Origin: Bdellovibrionota bacterium | GTDB taxonomy: Bacteria > Bdellovibrionota_C > UBA2361 > OMII01 | DNA: 64,000 nt | Direction of reading: 5' to 3' | Assembly (NCBI GenBank): GCA_044345405.1 | Contig: JBIJBE010000019.1 | Span: 1-64,000 of the forward strand | In this document: one piece after another, positions 59,003-64,000 of the stretch | How positions within the stretch are numbered: the first letter of the stretch is position 1 | Layout of the letters: each line of letters opens with the position of its first letter | Made by a program: the position numbers and the translations under genes | The notes under the pieces: model-generated | What the model was told of the DNA's origin: nothing | Seen by the model: the letters and a program-made list of their open reading frames with translations, nothing else | Database searches by the model: none

Positions 59003-60163
59003 ATGCGTGTAGTCATTCTGTATAACACTTCGTGGTATGTGTACCTGTTGCGCCGAAACCTGATCGCAATCCTACGAGACGCGGGATGCGAGGTGATCGT
59101 TATCGCGCCCCGTGACAATTATACGGAGCGCCTTATCAGTCTTGGGGCCCGACACGTATCGATCCCTCTTGAACCCGGAAGCACGAACCCCCTTACCGAG
59201 CTACGCGCGTTCAACGCGATCCGCAGAACGCTCAAACTCTTGCGACCGGACGCCGTGCTCTCCTTCACCATCAAGTGCAACCTCTACGCGGGGCTCTGCC
59301 GGCGGTTCACTCCGTTCACCCAGGTAGCGAACATATCCGGACTCGGCATCGCTTTTGAAAGACCCGGCCTCATGAGGACTATCGCCACAACTCTCTATAA
59401 ACTCGCTCTTGCGCCAACCGATCACATCTTTTTTCAGAACTCAGACGACCTCAAAAGTTGCTCGCGCGCGCACCTAGTCGCTCCCGAGCGCTCACGGGTG
59501 ATACCGGGCTCAGGGGTGGATCTTTCCGCTTTCATCCCCACTACTCGTAAGCCGGGGCGCCCCCGAACGTTCCTCATGTTCGGCCGCCTCCTTCCCCAGA
59601 AGGGATACGATCTCTACCTCGCGGCCGCGCGAAGATTACGGGAGGAACTCGGGGACCTGGTGAGCTGCTGGATCCTTGGGTCCGCCGATCAGGAACGCCC
59701 AGAGTCCGTCGATCTCCTCCAACGAATTCAAACCGCGCACGCGCAGGGAGAGGTGCGATACCTACAAAGCAGCGATGATGTACGCCCCTACCTTAATGAG
59801 AGCGACGTCGCTGTCCTGCCCTCGACGTACAACGAAGGAGTGCCTCGCTCACTACTTGAGGCGATGGCGAGTGGGAAGGCGATAATCACAACCGATTGGA
59901 AGGGTTGTCGAGAGACGGTGGAACATGGACGTAACGGCCACCTCATTCCACCACACGACGGGGAATCCCTCTATCGATCGATGCGCCACATGGCGACATG
60001 TCCTGATTCAGAACTCGCCTCCTTCGCGAAGGAGAGTAGAAAACGCTCCGAAGAGCTCTTTGATGAACGGATCGTGCTCGAGGCGTATCTCAATGCCCTG
60101 TCGCTACCGCTTCCACCGAGCGGCGAGCAGTGTGATATGAAGCCGACGGGGACGGATGCGTAG
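59003..60163 (+). CDS. GT4 glycosyltransferase (CapM/PglA-like)
   Basis: FTIKCNLY, ISGLG, FFQNSDD, PGSGVD, GRLLPQKG, EGVPRSLLEAMA. Confidence 0.9.
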   Translation: MRVVILYNTSWYVYLLRRNLIAILRDAGCEVIVIAPRDNYTERLISLGARHVSIPLEPGSTNPLTELRAFNAIRRTLKLLRPDAVLSFTIKCNLYAGLCRRFTPFTQVANISGLGIAFERPGLMRTIATTLYKLALAPTDHIFFQNSDDLKSCSRAHLVAPERSRVIPGSGVDLSAFIPTTRKPGRPRTFLMFGRLLPQKGYDLYLAAARRLREELGDLVSCWILGSADQERPESVDLLQRIQTAHAQGEVRYLQSSDDVRPYLNESDVAVLPSTYNEGVPRSLLEAMASGKAIITTDWKGCRETVEHGRNGHLIPPHDGESLYRSMRHMATCPDSELASFAKESRKRSEELFDERIVLEAYLNALSLPLPPSGEQCDMKPTGTDA

Positions 60164-60178
60164 TGAGGGGCGTAAAAT

Positions 60179-60341
60179 CGTTGACGATTACGTCGGACGC
60201 CGACGGCGGAACGTGAGCCGTAAGACGTTGACGGTTAACGTAGTACGTTCTACGTCTCACGTCCGACGTCTACGTCCTACGTCCCACGTCTACGTCCTAC
60301 GTCTCACGTCCCACGTCCCACGTCCACGTCCCACGTCCCAC
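60179..60341. repeat. Inverted copy of the 58.0-kb element plus YNACGTC heptamer array
   Basis: 60179-60240 is the reverse complement of 58072-58133 (54/62 identical), followed by an array of ACGTC(Y)(N) units. Confidence 0.9.
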
Positions 60342-60414
60342 GGTCATCGTGATTCGTCATCCTCATCGTAAAACGTCGTAGAGACCCGTCCAATTCCACA
60401 TCTACCAAGGCTCC

Positions 60415-61905
60415 TCACGACACAACTACACGGCGCTGCCGCACGAGGTTAGTTACAACCGCCCGAACATACGACTTCGTCGCCAAAGGTCCACTGAGAA
60501 ACCATGCCACGATTCCCACGATGACGGATCCGAGCGCAGCAAGACCGAGCGTTTGCCAGGGCGCGATTCCCTCTCCACGAAGTACCGGAAGTGTCCAGCA
60601 GAGGAAAACGCCGATCCAGAGCGCTACCCACGAACCGGGAAGGTGTATCCGCAAAAGGTCAGCCATCGAGACAGCAGCGAGCCTTCCCGCCAAGCGGGTC
60701 ATCAATACATAGTTGACGACAACCCCTCCAACGACGGCGTACGCGACCCCCTGAGTCCCATCGATCCGAGCCCCTATCAAGGAACCGATCACGATAACGG
60801 CGGTGTATACCGCTTGTCGAGCGGCATACGCGTACACATCCCCCTTCGAACGGATCAACACATCGCTGCATTTGTACGCGGCTCGAAAGAACACACCACA
60901 GGAAAGAACGGTGAGTACGGGAATAATCGGTCGCCATACGTCACCGAAAAGAACGAGCACGATCTCTTCCGAGAGGAAATACATCCCAACACTGGTGGGA
61001 ATCGCAACCAGCGCCGATATCTCAAGCGTGCTTAAGAGCCCCTTACGAAGGGTAGGAATATCGTCCTGCTTCTGCGACAGCGCGGGAAAGAGCACTCGCT
61101 CAAAGGCCTGTCCAACATACATCGCCGGAAGTGTCATCGCCTGATAGGCCCTCGTGTACATGCCGAGCGCCTCAGCGCCGAGGAGACGTCCAACGACGAA
61201 GTTGTCTCCTTGAAGGGAGAGGAAGTTAAGGATCTTTCCCAAACTGAATCCGAAACCGGTCGAAAGCAATCTTTTCGCTCGAACGAACGAGAACCGACCG
61301 TGGAGCGAAACCGGACGTGCCCATACAAAGAACGCCGCCTTACTCGCTCGCATGGCGAGGTTCCCCCCAACTAAAGCCCATACTCCAAGACCAACTAAGC
61401 CGAGGGTGACACCGATGACAACCAATCCGAGGATAAAGGAGGCCGTCTCAACTTTTACGATCTCGCGAAACCGAAGCTCTCGTTGCAACAACCCATCTGA
61501 GACAACCCCAATACCATCAACTATAAATCCGAGTGAAAGAATCGCGATGATGAGTCGGAGATCAAGCTCGTGAAAGAAGGTGGCCGCCAGTGGAGCGATC
61601 CCACATAACGCGGCGGCGATAAGACATCCCGACGAAACGGACAAAACAACCGCGGTTTTCAAATCATCCACGTCGACCTCGGCTCGTTGCACGAACGCGG
61701 CCCCTACCCCCACCTGACCAATCCGTTCCGCAAAGCTCGTAAAAATAAGCGCGATGGCGAACAATCCGAAGTCACGAGGAGCTACCAACCGCGCCATGAT
61801 CGCCAGCACTCCAACTCGGAGCCCGACCTGCGTGACGATCCCGATACCGACCCACTGAACACCATGCAGCACGGAGGAGAGAAACGAACGATGAGGAGTA
61901 ATCAT
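60415..61905 (-). CDS. wzx: Wzx flippase (WzxC-like)
   Basis: ARLVAPRDFGLFA, LQRELRFR, DNFVVGRLLGAEALGMYTRAY, VLFPALS; about 12-14 TMs. Confidence 0.9.
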   Translation of the reverse strand: MITPHRSFLSSVLHGVQWVGIGIVTQVGLRVGVLAIMARLVAPRDFGLFAIALIFTSFAERIGQVGVGAAFVQRAEVDVDDLKTAVVLSVSSGCLIAAALCGIAPLAATFFHELDLRLIIAILSLGFIVDGIGVVSDGLLQRELRFREIVKVETASFILGLVVIGVTLGLVGLGVWALVGGNLAMRASKAAFFVWARPVSLHGRFSFVRAKRLLSTGFGFSLGKILNFLSLQGDNFVVGRLLGAEALGMYTRAYQAMTLPAMYVGQAFERVLFPALSQKQDDIPTLRKGLLSTLEISALVAIPTSVGMYFLSEEIVLVLFGDVWRPIIPVLTVLSCGVFFRAAYKCSDVLIRSKGDVYAYAARQAVYTAVIVIGSLIGARIDGTQGVAYAVVGGVVVNYVLMTRLAGRLAAVSMADLLRIHLPGSWVALWIGVFLCWTLPVLRGEGIAPWQTLGLAALGSVIVGIVAWFLSGPLATKSYVRAVVTNLVRQRRVVVS

Positions 61906-62040
61906 GAGGCGGCTACCCTAGCACCTTTGTTCAGCAACGTGACCTAGCCGTTGTCATTGTGCGGTACAACGTGTTGACGTTCTACCGTCGATCGCGCTTG
62001 GGGGGTGGGTCGGAGACGATGACGTCTACGTATGACGTTG

Positions 62041-62347
62041 GACGTAGACGTAGACGTAGACGTAGACGTAGACGTAGACGTAGACGTAGACGTAAGACGT
62101 CTCACGGTAACCGTCAACGGTTTTCGGTGCACGGTTTTCGTATACGTCCATCGTCATCGCTGCGTCTGCGATGCCCACTTGGTGCCGCCGCACAGCCCCC
62201 TTATCTCCCGGTGGATAGAGAGGAAAAGGGGGCTCGACTGCCCTACGACGACGTAGACGTAAGACGCAAGACGTACACGTAGACGCAAGACGTATCACGG
62301 TAACCGTCAACGGTTCTCGGTGCACGTTTTTCGTATACGTCCATCGT
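62041..62347. repeat. (GACGTA)9 microsatellite plus 61-bp direct repeats
   Basis: Perfect GACGTA x9 at 62041-62094; copies at 62094-62154 and 62287-62347 differ at 3 positions and share the core TAACCGTCAACG with the 58.0 and 60.2 kb elements. Confidence 0.92.
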
Positions 62348-62454
62348 AATCATCGACCATCGAACCGACACCATCTGCGCAGCATCATACCCCACACCGT
62401 CTTCATCGATCCCTCGTTGAATCCCCTCCCCGCGACTATTACGATGCCCCACTT

Positions 62455-63720
62455 ATGCGCGCGCTCTCCAAACTAGTGTCTTTCATCGCCGGAATCTACA
62501 TCCTCCTAGTCCTCTCCCTCTTCCTAAGCATCGCCGACCAACCACTCGGACGGCTCGGGTATCTCCCGATCAATCCCACCCTGTGCGCTGTGGCGCTCAT
62601 CGCGCCCTTCGGTGTCATCGCGCTCATTCGCGACCTCGTGAAGGGGTCCAACTCCCGCCTTCTCGCTCCTCTCGTCGCGAATCGGTGGCCATACGCCGCG
62701 TTCCTATTTATCGCGGCGTGCTCACTCATGTTGAGCATCCTCCCGGGCGCTTTTTGGAGCGAAGGTGGGAAGTGGATCTTCCTGATCGTCTACGGGTTCT
62801 CAATATCGGTGCTCGCCCTCTATATCCCCCAATCGGCGTGGTTTTCGAAGCTCTTTCCCTTCTGCGGATTGAGCGCCCTCCTCCTTCTCGGATGGTCGAT
62901 CTACCTCGACATCACCTATCCAGGAACCTTCGCGACCCTGGGACAGCGAGCTGCTGGATTTCCGGGCAACGCTAATTTCTCGGCGCTCGTCGCGGTCATG
63001 ATCTGCGCCGCGACCCTCGACTATCGAAGCCAACAGAGACAGTGGATGAACGTGCTACTCCTCCTGACCACGGGCTTAATAGTTGTCACCACCATGTCAC
63101 GGAGCGGCGGACTGAATTTTCTCTTCTTAGTTGGGATATTTTCATTTGCCCGCATGGCCGAGAACGGCTGGCGTCCACGAGAGATTTTGCGAGTGCTCTC
63201 CGTTACGGGTTTACTCGGCGGTATCTGCGCCGGTGTCGCGATTGCGGCGATCATAACAGGAACGATCTCGGAGCACTCCCGGCTTGGTCGCCTCATGAGC
63301 AATAAGCAGGTCGACGACGGTTCGGCGGCCAGCCGTCTCTTCGCCGTGCGTGAGTCACTCCGACTGATCAACGACTCGCCAATCGTAGGGCACGGAACGG
63401 GACACGCTCGAACGATGCGAGAACTTCCGCACAACCTCTATCTACAACAGTGGGTTAATAACGGCGTAGCGGGTATCCTCGGCCTGGTCGCCTTCTTCGG
63501 GGTGAGCCTCTTCACCTTCGTTCAACGGCGATACCGCCCTGGTCAGGCGTTGATACTCGTCGCTATCCTTGGCGGGGTCTTTAGCCACAATATCCTCGAC
63601 CAACGGTGCTTCTTACTTCTCTTTGGAATACTCCTTGGGCTCTCATATCAAACAACGAGACCCGCCATGGCGAGATATTCGTGGGCCGCGTTGCGAGCAC
63701 CGTACACCGAACGGGCGTGA
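62455..63720 (+). CDS. O-antigen ligase / Wzy polymerase family protein
   Basis: Multi-TM; RAAGFPGNAN, TMSRSG, SAASR, PIVGHGTG, PHNLYLQ..GVAG (Wzy_C pattern). Confidence 0.87.
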   Translation: MRALSKLVSFIAGIYILLVLSLFLSIADQPLGRLGYLPINPTLCAVALIAPFGVIALIRDLVKGSNSRLLAPLVANRWPYAAFLFIAACSLMLSILPGAFWSEGGKWIFLIVYGFSISVLALYIPQSAWFSKLFPFCGLSALLLLGWSIYLDITYPGTFATLGQRAAGFPGNANFSALVAVMICAATLDYRSQQRQWMNVLLLLTTGLIVVTTMSRSGGLNFLFLVGIFSFARMAENGWRPREILRVLSVTGLLGGICAGVAIAAIITGTISEHSRLGRLMSNKQVDDGSAASRLFAVRESLRLINDSPIVGHGTGHARTMRELPHNLYLQQWVNNGVAGILGLVAFFGVSLFTFVQRRYRPGQALILVAILGGVFSHNILDQRCFLLLFGILLGLSYQTTRPAMARYSWAALRAPYTERA

Positions 63721-64000
63721 GCCATCGCCTCAAGCTGTCGAGGCTGGCTGAGCGCTCGCTCAAGCCCCTGGGCGAGCGCCCGCACGTCACCAACCGGCAC
63801 TAAGGTGCCAAAGCGACCACCACACAAGATCTCGGCGGGACCGCTCTTACAATCGGTAGCCACTATCGGCGTACCAAACGCCATCGCTTGTACCAACACG
63901 TTCGGTAGCCCTTCAAACTCAGACGCCAACACAAAAGCGTCCGCTTTACTCATGTAGGCGAAGGGATTGTGCTGAAATCCGAGGAGAGCGACATCGTCGC
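63648..64000 (-). CDS. GT4 glycosyltransferase, C-terminal part (5' end beyond window)
   Basis: Frame open to the window edge: GFQHNPFAYMSKADAFVLASEFEGLPNVLVQAMAFGTPIVATDC..GPAEIL. Confidence 0.88.
   Translation of the reverse strand, partial: DDVALLGFQHNPFAYMSKADAFVLASEFEGLPNVLVQAMAFGTPIVATDCKSGPAEILCGGRFGTLVPVGDVRALAQGLERALSQPRQLEAMAHARSVYGARNAAHEYLAMAGLVV

Noticed and set aside
57994-62347. Heptamer/hexamer arrays as CRISPR or as coding ORFs (poly-R, VDVDVD, YVYVYV frames)
   Set aside because: No spacers; the low-complexity ORFs are translations of the DNA repeats.

Overview
Bacterial (diderm) chromosomal window, GC-rich by eye, with no rRNA, tRNA, CRISPR array or recognisable transposase/integrase. 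The backbone is cell-envelope housekeeping: ftsE-ftsX-envC, mlaE-mlaF-mlaD, glmS, and a dcw cluster broken into three pieces that keep the canonical order (mraZ-rsmH-ftsL-ftsI ... murE ... mraY-murD-surE; no murF in the window). The 25.7 kb between murE and mraY holds the most interesting block. It has an NsrA/CyaK-like FecR-TPR-beta-barrel receptor with a divergent CHASE2 adenylate cyclase. Close by is a six-gene operon encoding an NAD(P)H flavoprotein with two cNMP-binding domains and four predicted [4Fe-4S] clusters, a His-rich membrane protein, an FHA-TM-decaheme cytochrome, a double GlcG/HbpS lipoprotein, a predicted outer-membrane barrel and a decaheme-LVIVD protein, plus a divergent pentaheme c554-like cytochrome. 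I infer this may be a cyclic-nucleotide-gated trans-envelope electron conduit; that function is a hypothesis. The right end is a Wzx/Wzy polysaccharide locus whose genes alternate strands, with ACGT-rich heptamer/palindromic repeats at three junctions. Several other REP-like repeat families occur. All product calls come from motif recognition in the translations; no database searches were run.
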